Part shown: piece by piece, positions 46,384 through 57,311 of the stretch
Position numbering within the stretch: the stretch's first letter is position 1
Layout of the letters: every line of letters begins with the position of its first letter
Assembly (NCBI GenBank): GCA_964019425.1
Contig: OZ025797.1
Location: 1 to 64,000 of the forward strand
DNA: 64,000 nt
Direction: 5' to 3'
Source: Flectonema sp. DT1601
Lineage: Eukaryota
The notes under the pieces: generated by a model
What the model was told of the DNA's origin: nothing
Database searches by the model: none
What the model saw: only the letters and a program-made list of their open reading frames with translations
Position numbers and translations under genes: made by a program

Positions 46384-49300
46384 CTTTTGCACTAAATCAC
46401 AAACCATAAAACCTTCGACTGTAAAAACCGAAAGAGGTTTACGAGTGCTGCCAACATGATTTTTTTCTTTGGCCCGTACGATGCACAAAAAAGAAAAAGA
46501 GAAAAAAAAAGAGACAGTTTGCCAACGTAAAACGGGGGATAAAGTGTAATTCTCGACCACTGATAGCACGAATACAACACCACCACGTGTCGCTTGAGTC
46601 TAATCCACCCCTCCCAAAGAAAGTGGTGTTTAAATTGTGAATTCTACTTTATATCTTTGCATTGCTTAGATAAGTAGAAACCACTTCTTCTCACATGAGA
46701 CAGGAATTGTTGGCCAACTCGTTTGCGAATGGAAAATAGAAAGTAAAGTAAAAGCATTTGTCTATCAAAATCTGTTTTCTTTTTCTTTTTTTGGAATGAA
46801 AATAATGTTTTGCGTGGCCACTCTCGAGCCGAATTCCTTTTTTTTCCACATTGTTCTTTTTTTTCTCATTGTAATTTTGCCTTGAGTAAAAAAAAAAAAA
46901 AAGGGGGAATGGGTGACAACAAAAGAGGAAAAAAAAAAGTCCAAACTATTATTTTTCATTAAGAATTAAGCAAAGGTAAAAAACCCAGCACATGTAAGTC
47001 GTCGCCTATGTAAAACAATATTAGGCGCACAATTGGAAGTCATGAGGGGATTCGTTTAATTATTTTTTAAGAAGGGAATGGGGCATAATATATATCGATG
47101 TCCATGAAAAGATCAGTTAGTTAGTTGGGAAAAGGTATGGCATTGCATCTATTTTTTTTTTTTTTTTTAAAAGAAGTCTTTTGAAATACTTAATGTTACT
47201 AATTGGACACAATCTTGCGCAAAACACAAATAATAATAAAAAAAAGGACCCCTTCTCACTGTTTTGCGCAAAAAAACTGACTGCTCGCGAAATTCTGTTT
47301 TTTCTCTTTTTTTTTTTTTTTTGTAGTGTCGCCGGTGTTGGCCTTGATGGCGATATCATTATTCTCATGCCAAACTTCACTACTGTGAAAGACGACGTTG
47401 ATCAAAGAATTGCAGATTTGCTTCATCAACTGGAGAAATTGTAATTTGAATTCAGAAGCCAGAGAAAGGGCAAAAAAAAAAAAAAAAAAAAAAAAAAAAC
47501 ATATTTTAAAAAAGAAAATGAAGGGGTGAAAATTATATTTGGTGAAGGGGAATGAATTCTAAAGAGTTTTTTTTTTTTTTTTTTTCGGTTTCTTTTTTTT
47601 TTTTAAAGGCCCACAGCCAGGATAGGTTCGTAGAGAGATGAGAATATTTTTTGCAATATTATTTGCCGCCACCCCCCCCATTTAGCAAAAAAGATTCATA
47701 AAAATATTAAGTTGTACTTTTTAATTTCAAAAAGCTTTCGGGGGATTATCTGTTATTTTTCATAGCTGTTTTATGAGCTGAGATTGAAAGTCTACAAGAA
47801 AAAGTTGAAGCAAAAGAAACTGGATTTTGTTTATATCGAAAGCCACCATGCAACAGTGACCTCACAAACCAGCACTGTTTGAACAGCAACTATTGTACTC
47901 AACCCTACAACGTGGATTTCTTTTGTTTATAAGGCTGCCAGTTTAAGGCAACATCACAAAAAAAAACAATCACTGATAATACAGGGAAAAGGTTCTTCTT
48001 TCCGGTTTTTTTTTTTTTTTTTTTTTTTTCTTCTTTAGATTCTTCTTTATCGCATCCCAACTGTTTATTTTCCCTCCCCACTCACCTCGCGCAGTTTTCA
48101 AGATCTAACCATCAAGCGAGTTGCACTTTCAAGTGACGCCGTGTTTTTAAAGACAGAAGGATACTTTTCGGGCTTGTAGATAAAAACAACGAGAGATACG
48201 AAAAAATATCGAACGCAATCGTTAAAGATAATAAATAACAACGTGATCACCCATATTCTAAGGAGGGTAGTGTTGTAACAGTTACGAAACAACTATTCTC
48301 TCTAAAAAGAAAACAGAAGAAGAAAAAAAAATGAATGCAAGAAAACCAACAACGCGGCAACTAATCATAACCAGCAGGGACAGCTGTTTTTTCTGATTTT
48401 ATTTTATTTTTTGCTGTTCTCTATGTCAATCTTTTTGGAATAGTAACAACAAAGAATCCGAAATCAAAAAAGCTGCTTTTGAATGGCAACAAAAATAAAC
48501 ATCTTCTCAGACAACCAACTCAGGAAAGAATTACGAATGCTGGCTGTTTTTTGTTGCCATGCCTTGTCAAAATAGATATCTTTTTTTTTTCTTTTTTTTT
48601 TTTTAAATTCTTTTTTCGTAACATAAGAAATGAGATAGGAGAGGGAGGCGATGACTTTTTTTCTGCTAAGAAAACACAATAAAGGAAAAAGCCAACAATC
48701 GCCAAAACTGTCAAACATTATTAGCACAGGGAAAGATGCAAGAAGAAAAAAAAAGGAAAACCAAATAAATTGAAAGCAGCAGTCCTGCTGCAAAGGAGCA
48801 CTGTGAAGGAGGACGAGAAAAAGGAAGAAAACAAAAGAGTTGACATTAAAAATAAATTATGCAATTAGTATGTCAGTGTGGTGAACGCAACCAACAACAA
48901 CAATAACAACAACAGAACGCCTCACTAAAGATAATAGTCTCTTATACCTTATTTAGGCACAGGACCTGTAGTTTTACTCAGCTAGTTTCTTTCAGACTCG
49001 TTGCACACATGTAAAAACAACAAGTCACGCAAACCATTTTCGATATGTATCTTTCCCCTTTGTCCTTTCCCTTTTTGTTCCTTACTTAGTTTAGACTTAT
49101 TGAGCGGAGAGGGCACAGTTTTCTTTTTTTTTTTCTTTCTTTCTTTCTTTCTTTTTATTCTTTCCATCGCATTAACAAATGCGAAAGAACTTTTCTCCTC
49201 ATTATTTTTTTTTTTTTTGTATTTTTTTTTTTCTTTTCTTTTGTTTTTTTTTTTTTTTTTTTCCACTTTTTCTCAAGCACTTACAAGTATTAACGCTACC

Positions 49301-51528
49301 GTCAATTATCTTTTGGGCATACAATAAATGGAAAAAAATATATATTTGCATGAGTGACATCTTCAAGGGTGGATAAAAACGATGGGAGAAAAATAAAAAA
49401 AAAGTTTTAAATTGATGTAAAACAAATAGAAATATAATATTGAGAAAAATGAACTTTGGGGAATGGGGGGGAGTAATAAAGTAATTAAGATGTCGTAAAT
49501 GCAATAATCTTCACCTGGAATCCATATGAGTAGTGTGCAGAAAACGCAACAGACATGTCTTTACAAAAAAAAAAAAACAAAAAAAATCATTTTCGAACAA
49601 CAACAGTCTAAACTTGTTCAGCACCATCCTTTTTCAAAAAGAAAATAGGGGAGAACATAGTAGGAAAGTTACCTACACGCACAGATTACAAAACATATAT
49701 TCGTGCCCTCGGACGTGATTGGGTGAGCTGTCATTTTACTGTTTACACCAATTGGGAAAGTAGAGTATAAAATAAAAACTTATTAAAAAAGGATTATCCT
49801 TTTTTTTTTTTTTTTTTTTTTTTTTCAATGTTTTAGCTGCATTGTTTCACAAAGAATTAACCGATTGTTTTTTTTGTTTTTTTGGGGGGGAAGTTTCGGG
49901 AAGGGAAAAAAAAAAAAAAAAAAAAAAAACACATCCAAAACCAATCTATCCTCTTCAGAGGTGAGATATTCTAGGGGGGGGGGGTGAACAACGACAACAA
50001 CAACAACTAAACTATTATCAAACAAATCAAGATTGTTGCAGTTGTAAACACCGCCAGTGGCAGATCGCAAACATCTTCTATAACACACAGACATAGACAT
50101 GACAACAGCAAGAACAAACAAAACGAACTGACACTACTTTCCTGAAATTAGTGTTACTCTGAAAGTTTTTTTTTTTTTTTTTCTCTTAATAAAAGCGGAT
50201 TAATAACAACGATAATAATAATTCAAAAAAAAAAAAAAAAAAAAAAAAAGATGAAAAATGTGATGGGAGGAAAGAAGCGTAAGAAAAAGAACTCACCGAA
50301 AGCAGTAGATAAAAAATAGGAAAAAAAAATAAATCAAGCGACATCACACTGGTGATATGGCTTTATAAATCGCCTTTGTTCACGCAACTTTGTTAATATC
50401 ACACGATGGTGTGATAAATATCGGATGCCGCCCATGACTAAGTTTTTCCTCGTCAAATTCAATGAGCCCCCTTCGATGAGATAAAAATGTCACGTAGGAA
50501 CTCGTGACAGTTTCTTATTATTATTGTTATTATTATTTGCTTTTTTTGTTTTTTGTTTTTTTATTCCAGTCGACCACTACAAAACGAGCGATCACCCTCC
50601 AAAAACAGCCATGATGAGGCAACGATCGGTTGAGGGGGGGTCTCCACCTTTTCACTCGCTTTTTGCATAATTTTTTTTTTTTTTTTGTTCTTCGGTCTTT
50701 TTTTTTTCTTTTTTCTCTCCACTACTGGTAAAACTTAATTACCGGACAGTGCAGTAGCATGCTCACCAAAGAGTAGGTGAAAACAATAAAGCAGGAAATG
50801 GGTAATCCAAAAACGCTGTATCCATTAAAGTTTCCCCTTAAAAAAAAGAAAAGAAAAAAACTACTGATCGCGGGAAACTAGGTTTATGCTCGTTTTCTTT
50901 ATACTCAACGGATACATGTTCGAGGTTTTGTTTGTTATATTCTTTCTTGTTTTTTTTTTTTTTTGTTTTTTTTGGTTTTTTTTTTTTTTTCTTTTTCTGT
51001 TGTTGTTGATCGCCTTATTTTCGGTGCATCGGAAATCCTTCCGACGGATACAGGTAAGCTACTGGTAAACCTTCTTAGTGACGTCTAAATAGAACACAAG
51101 ATAATTGTACTACCGCTGCTGTTGTTTAGAGTGAAACAGCTCGACCGGTTGCTGGTATTTGGAGAGAAGACAGAAACGCTAATCAGGATAGGCCAACTAT
51201 CTCAACAGTTGGGATTGCATCCGTCTCGCCTCAACCTCAAAACAGCATCGGGAGAATAACAACAGCTGACAAGAGTACTTATGATAGACTATCGTATTAC
51301 ATAGAAGTTAGTAGCCACTTTCACCTAAGGATTCATGTCATTAGTTTGTTAGCATTTCCATCCTCAACATTTCTGTTACTCGGATGACGATTTCGTCGTA
51401 GCTCAAACCGACTTCAAGATTAGTCCGATAAGACGACACTGAGTGTCATTACATCAGACTGGTCAACTAAGAGAAGCCTCTTCGAGGTTTCCTATTCGAA
51501 TTATCCCTCTTGAAGTAGAGAAGTGATA

Positions 51529-53136
51529 TTAGAAGTTTTTGATCGGTGCCTGGACAGGAGAGATGGCGCAGTCAGGAGGCATGAAACTCAACGGATCAGC
51601 AAGTAGACCATACGATGCTGCAGATGGTGAATGTGCCCAGAAAGCAGGAGATGATGATGATGAGGTGTAACCCAAAGATGATATCGAGCGGCTGTCTTCT
51701 GATTCATCGAAAGAAGTTCCGCAAGAGAATGGAGGGTTTGCTACTCGATTCTGGAATGAGTTGTAGGTAGGAGTTGGTTGAGTTGCTGGTTGCCAGTAAG
51801 GGATCCTTCCACTTTCTGAGTAGTAATTTACTTGCTGTGGAGCACTCGAAGTCGACGCATAACCCAACGAGGATATCGAACTGCTGTCGTCATCTTCAAT
51901 AAGTACGAGATTGCTGGTGGGGAGTTGCAATTCTCCAAATTTCTTATCATCAAATCTCACAACAACAAAACTATCTCTCTCAATTGATAAAACAGTCCCC
52001 TTCGCTCCTTTACCCTTTTTACAACGACCACCTTCAGTTGGAATTAGAGCGACCCTGTTGCCTCGCTTGATTTTCTTTGTTTCCGCTGATGATGGGCTCT
52101 TCTTGATTTCAGTTTCAGGAGGGGTACATCTTCCCCACGCGTTTCGTGATGGTTCTGACTTCTCACTTCCTGATATTTTAGCGACGAGTTTCTTTCCACG
52201 TTCAGATGGGACTAAATATTTACTGCTCTCCCTTTTTTCTAAAACTTCTTCGAAGAATCCCTCGGCTTCTACGAGTCCACTCTGAACCGATTCGTACAAA
52301 TTTAGGACTCTTCTGCTTTCATTTACAACTAATTGCCATTTCTCTGGTCTAGCAGACGATGCGAGATTGTTACTGTCATCACCAGGATCAGTTAAGAATA
52401 TACATCCTGTTGGGTCATCACGTACTGTCCCGGTCTTTAAATCAACGTAAACACCCCGACCCATGTTAGACAAGAATCGAAAAAACGAATGCAATAAGTC
52501 GACAGATGAAGGTGGTGATGGAGGAACTTTAAACGCTTTCATGGATTCACTGTCAAGAATTGGAAGCAAACCAAGTCCCTGACAAATTCCCAATACGAGA
52601 ACAACCCACGAAACGCTGTTAAGATGACCGGAAAAAGCTCCAGCCAGCTCTCTTCTTTGTGACCAGTACTTCACGAAATTGACAACCGGAAGGACTGAGG
52701 GATTCTTTTCAACAATTGAACGAATCTTTGCATCTGTGGTGCCACAGCTCTCAGCAGCGAAGGTGACGTCGACAATTAAACCTGAAGGAACGTGATGAAG
52801 CTTTAACAAAGGGACTTTAACACCCGTGTACAGCTCTTGTTTCTTAACCATTCCAACAGTAGGAGTGCTGTCAATATAACGAGCAATCTGAGAGAGGAAG
52901 TATGATTCTCCCATCATTCTCATTCTTTTTGGAAATTGCAGACGAAGATCTAAATCACTTGTCTCAATAGCAGTTCCTTGCATGTATGAACCAGTTACAG
53001 CAACCTTACCATCAATACCCCAGAGGCTTTCAACTACCTTCTTCACAGCATCTAAGGATGCAGCTGCGTTTTTTGACTGCAGCTTTTCAGTCCATCTCTT
53101 GAGCTCTAAGAACAGAATGCACTCAATATCCCCCAT
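51529..53136 (-). CDS. Cid1/Trf4/TUTase-family non-canonical nucleotidyltransferase with SH3/KOW-like C-terminal module
   Basis: GSYMQG..SDLDL, KVPLLK, IVDVT, VKYW..RR, GHLNS and LTDPGD..NNLA motifs. Confidence 0.9.
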   Translation of the reverse strand: MGDIECILFLELKRWTEKLQSKNAAASLDAVKKVVESLWGIDGKVAVTGSYMQGTAIETSDLDLRLQFPKRMRMMGESYFLSQIARYIDSTPTVGMVKKQELYTGVKVPLLKLHHVPSGLIVDVTFAAESCGTTDAKIRSIVEKNPSVLPVVNFVKYWSQRRELAGAFSGHLNSVSWVVLVLGICQGLGLLPILDSESMKAFKVPPSPPSSVDLLHSFFRFLSNMGRGVYVDLKTGTVRDDPTGCIFLTDPGDDSNNLASSARPEKWQLVVNESRRVLNLYESVQSGLVEAEGFFEEVLEKRESSKYLVPSERGKKLVAKISGSEKSEPSRNAWGRCTPPETEIKKSPSSAETKKIKRGNRVALIPTEGGRCKKGKGAKGTVLSIERDSFVVVRFDDKKFGELQLPTSNLVLIEDDDSSSISSLGYASTSSAPQQVNYYSESGRIPYWQPATQPTPTYNSFQNRVANPPFSCGTSFDESEDSRSISSLGYTSSSSSPAFWAHSPSAASYGLLADPLSFMPPDCAISPVQAPIKNF

Positions 53137-54413
53137 GGTAGTTAGTGAAGCTTGGGGGGTGTGAATGGGCTAGGGGTGCCTGAGGAAGGAGAATAGGTTT
53201 AATTAAATAATACTAATTAACACAACAGTAATCAACATGTGACCATTACCTACAAAAGGGAAAACAAAAGGTATAACTCGCGCGATTCGGGAATATGGGG
53301 GAGGGAAAAATAGAAAAAAAGGTGGAAAAAAGATGGAGTGAACCATAGAAGGGACGTCTTCTAGCTTTCACTCACATCATGTGAGAATGGAGGGGAACAG
53401 ACTCCTTGGAAAAGACAACGGTTTTGTAACTTTTTTTCTCCCAACTTCGTATTTTTGACCTCCAGTGGTTTCTCCGTAAAAACTTAGAAGAAACTAGGAA
53501 GAGGTACCCAATTCGGGTAATAACAAACAGAAAAGAACGCTACTGGGTACTGTAAGAAGAAAATGAACGAAACAGATATCCATTCACATATTAATATAAA
53601 AAGCTGTCGTACCTTCGATGCAATCGTCGTTGATCCGATTGAGAGACAAAAAAAAAAAAACACCGCATTGCATTATATCAACACGTAGACCTTCTGTTTT
53701 TTCCTTTTTTTTTTTTAGTCAACGAAAAAAACATTAAACTATGATGTGACAAGGTATTATATACCAAAAAATGGAAACAAGCGGTGACGGCAACTTCAGG
53801 CAACCTTAGGGGTTTCTTGAAGTGAAGCCATCCTCCCATATGATCCACGAAATGAACAGAAAACACCAGGACAGTTCACGGTGTCAACTCTTCATGTTTA
53901 TCACAAAAAATAAAACGTGGTAAAGACGAATCTTCTTCTAGTGGGGAAAGAAAGCAGAAAAAGAAAAATATCGTCTGCTTTCGTGGTTGGGTGTTAGTTA
54001 CATAGTACACATTCATAGATTCAATGGGAATCAATACAAAGAGACTAGGAAAAACACGTCGCAAATGAAATAAGAATATAACATCGTGGTACATAGCATA
54101 GTAAACAAAAGAGAGGAGGGAGGAAAAAAAAGAAAGAAAAAAAAACACTAACTCAAAATAGCAACTTTGAATCACTATTTTGAGGAACTTTTTTTAGTCG
54201 ACATAAACATTACACATTCTTCAGAACGATTCGATTTTCACCAGTAGTTCCGTAACTAAAATATGTTTCTTTTTTCTTTTTCTTTTTTTTTTTAGATTTT
54301 TACTCCCCTCGAAAAGCACTGTCTAAAAATTTTAAAAAAAAAGAAACTGAAAAAAAAGATTAGTTTAGTATCCATAAATAAGAGGGGGGTGAAACTTTGA
54401 CAATGTAAAAAAA

Positions 54414-54510
54414 CAGTAACAACTTAAAACAAAAAATTAAAATCAAGTACTTGACTGAAAAAAATATTTGTAGTTGTTAATCAAAGAAAAATTACATAAA
54501 TAAGAGGGGG
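54414..54510. repeat. Dispersed repeat C, copy 2
   Basis: Aligns with 41591-41710. Confidence 0.85.
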
Positions 54511-55028
54511 GGGGGAATCCGATGAAAAGTTTTTTTTTTTTTTGGTGTATTAGAAGTACAAGTTCAGTCAACATATCCCTTTGAATATCACAACGTAGGT
54601 CTGAAGACACTAGTTGTGGGAGGAAGTTCGACTGGGGTATGCGCACGTGTTTGAATTATCTCATATTAAAATAAAACAAATCACTGCTAAGGATATATGA
54701 CTAGACTAAAGGTAGTTCTGTCTGAAGTCAAGACACGCGTTACTCGTGATTGATTACTATGAAAACATATAAAACAGTCATTTATGACAAGTAGTAGTTA
54801 ATTTCATCTTTTTTTATTTTGTTTGCTCATTGGAGGCCAGGGGTGACAAAAAAGAAAAAAGAAAAGACCTAATATTTCGTGAGCCAGAAAACCTATTTTC
54901 AAGGGGCATAGGTTACCTGTAATTGAAGAGGGGGGGAAAAAAAAAAGAAAAAAAAAATTAGTTTCTATAAACAACCTTCAAACAGGTTTTGAGATTTTTG
55001 TTTTTTTACATTTTTTTTTTTTTTTGAA

Positions 55029-55559
55029 TTAAGTATTATCCGGGTGTGTTGTGTTGTGGATACAGTCAAACATTCCACCGTTTAGCTTAACATACTTCGC
55101 AATGTCTTTATCTAATTTGAGAAGCTCGTGTATGTCCTTCAAGGCAGCTGCTGAAAGAGTTGGAGATCTGCCGTAGTAGTCTGCTCCTGCGGTAGTGAAT
55201 GGAGTTTTCTCGAAAGTAGTAATCGCCCACTCCTCGCCATCAGTGTTGCCAATGATTTGTAAAGTCCAGCTCGAAGTGACCCAAAACAAGAACCCAGTTC
55301 CTCTCCACTTAAAATACAATTTCCCATTCTTCTCTTTTAGTAATTTGTCCCAACCTGAGATAACAGAGCGATTCCATCCACGGCAACACTGTTTTGTGGT
55401 GCGAGTCACTGTGTCTTCCACGTAACCATCATTGTATTTCCCGTATTTGATGCTGGGATTTTGGTCAGTTTTCCACATTTCCAAGTTGCTTTGCACAACA
55501 TACCACTTACCTTTCATCTTCTTCAGCAGTTCTTCCTTCGAATGCTTTGGTTGACTCAT
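55029..55559 (-). CDS. Lipocalin/calycin-like protein, paralog 1; start taken at MSQPKH
   Basis: GKWYVV motif plus FKWRGTG and FEKTPFTTAGADYYGR; clear paralog of 56027-56611. Confidence 0.75.
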   Translation of the reverse strand: MSQPKHSKEELLKKMKGKWYVVQSNLEMWKTDQNPSIKYGKYNDGYVEDTVTRTTKQCCRGWNRSVISGWDKLLKEKNGKLYFKWRGTGFLFWVTSSWTLQIIGNTDGEEWAITTFEKTPFTTAGADYYGRSPTLSAAALKDIHELLKLDKDIAKYVKLNGGMFDCIHNTTHPDNT

Positions 55560-56026
55560 TTTTCTAGTTGTTTGAATTTTAAGGCTGAACAGAAATAAGA
55601 TAATCGCACAGAACTGACTAACAGAATACAATACGTAAATAAGGTACGGGTTCGCAGGAAATGAAAAGCTGCTTGCTCTTAGTTAGTTTTGAAACTAAGA
55701 CAACCAGCGATAAATGTTATAAAGATGTTTTTATGAACTTAGTCTCAGAGACCAAACAGCAAATAAAAAGAATTGAGTTTCAGACAAACGAAGACCAAGT
55801 TCACTAAAAAGGGAGAGAAACAATACTTACTAAAAAAAGAAATATCGCGCAACTTATTGCTGGTTTGAATCAGCAATATGTCTGTCTTCCTGTTTGACAG
55901 AATTGAAAAGGTTTATGCATCAAAAATAAATATAAAACTACTAACGCAAAAATAATTTGTTTTGTTTACGAAACTATCATCTGGTCAATGAAAGATGAGG
56001 AGGAATACATTTTTGTAAATGGAAAT

Positions 56027-56611
56027 TCATTTTTGGGTGGCAACGCAGTCCTCTGCTACTGCCTTGACAGACACCAGGTTGGGGTTATCATGCATGCATT
56101 TAAACATGCCGCCATTCATCTCTGTATATTCAGATATTTCCTTATCATTCATAACTAATTCATTAATGGCTTGCAATGATGATTGTGAGAGAGTTGGTGT
56201 TCTACTGTAGAAGTCAGCACCTGCACCAGTGAAGAAGGTCTTATCAAAAGTAGTAATCGCCCACTCTTCTCCTTCAGTAGTTCCAATTGCGTGGAAGACC
56301 CAGTCAGAAGTAACCCAAGATTGGCAACCTGTTCCACTCCATTCGAATAATAATTTTCCATTTTTCTCGCCTTTCAAAGAATCCCAGCCAACTATGTTTT
56401 CCTGCCATCTAAAGCAACATGGGCTTGCTGTTCGCGACACCGTGTCTTTTAACTTTCTAACTTTTGGTTTAAACTTTCCATATTTTATAATCGGATTCTT
56501 ATCAAGTTTCCACATATCTAAATTACTCTCAACGACGTACCAACTTCCTTCAATCCTCTTAAGGAACTCATCTAGCTTTAAGTGTTCCCTTCCTGAGTTG
56601 GGTTGTGACAT
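56027..56611 (-). CDS. Lipocalin/calycin-like protein, paralog 2
   Basis: GSWYVVESNLDMWK and FDKTFFTGAGADFYSR; tandem duplicate. Confidence 0.78.
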   Translation of the reverse strand: MSQPNSGREHLKLDEFLKRIEGSWYVVESNLDMWKLDKNPIIKYGKFKPKVRKLKDTVSRTASPCCFRWQENIVGWDSLKGEKNGKLLFEWSGTGCQSWVTSDWVFHAIGTTEGEEWAITTFDKTFFTGAGADFYSRTPTLSQSSLQAINELVMNDKEISEYTEMNGGMFKCMHDNPNLVSVKAVAEDCVATQK

Positions 56612-57311
56612 CGTCTGTTCTGTTGATGAAAATAATCATTAAGGAAAAGTTATTTAACAATTGTCACCAATACTAAAACCATACAAATAATTAGGGCGTT
56701 GTTGTTGTTGTTGTTGTTTTCTTTCTATTCTAATAAAAGTGGGTATGAAACTCTGCAACGATTCTCCCATGACGACTGATGGCATACAGAAATAGGTTCA
56801 AACAGTCTGTCACTTGGTAGTACATACGTACAACATCATTTCTTAGAGTCACAGAGAGTGGAATGGTGATTTTTATAACAAAGGGAAAATCTAGATAAAT
56901 GAATAAAAAAAAAAGAAATTTTAAAAAAAAAAATGAATGCCGCATTGGCCAGGAATCTAAAATCATCATCTAGGTAGCAGATCAGCAACCAGTTCAGTAT
57001 CCCTGAGGGAGACTTTTAGTAAAAAAGGGAGCCCTGCAGGGCAATAAAAGTTATTATAAAAAGACGGGGGAGGGATTTTAAAGAAAAATAATTGTTTCTG
57101 TATAACAAAAACACTCTAATTTGTGTGGATAATAGTTTGTTCAGGTGTTAGGTCGCCCGTTGAAAAAGAAAAAAAAAAAAGATTAATAATCGGGTTTGAG
57201 AAATCATTCCCCTCTTCCATCTTGTGTGTTATTAGTCCTCCAACTTAGTCGAGAGAATACCCGATACCTTTCGTTCTCGTTGGTAGGTAAGTTTTATTGG
57301 TAAAGATCCAA

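Noticed and set aside
43239..51068. Poly-Lys/poly-Phe ORFs in the desert (also at 25.0-25.8 kb)
   Set aside because: They are translations of A/T homopolymers with no domain signal.
43863..56969. Box C motifs (43863 +, 44636 -, 50611 +, 56963 -) as C/D snoRNAs
   Set aside because: No properly spaced box D with an rRNA-complementary guide was found.
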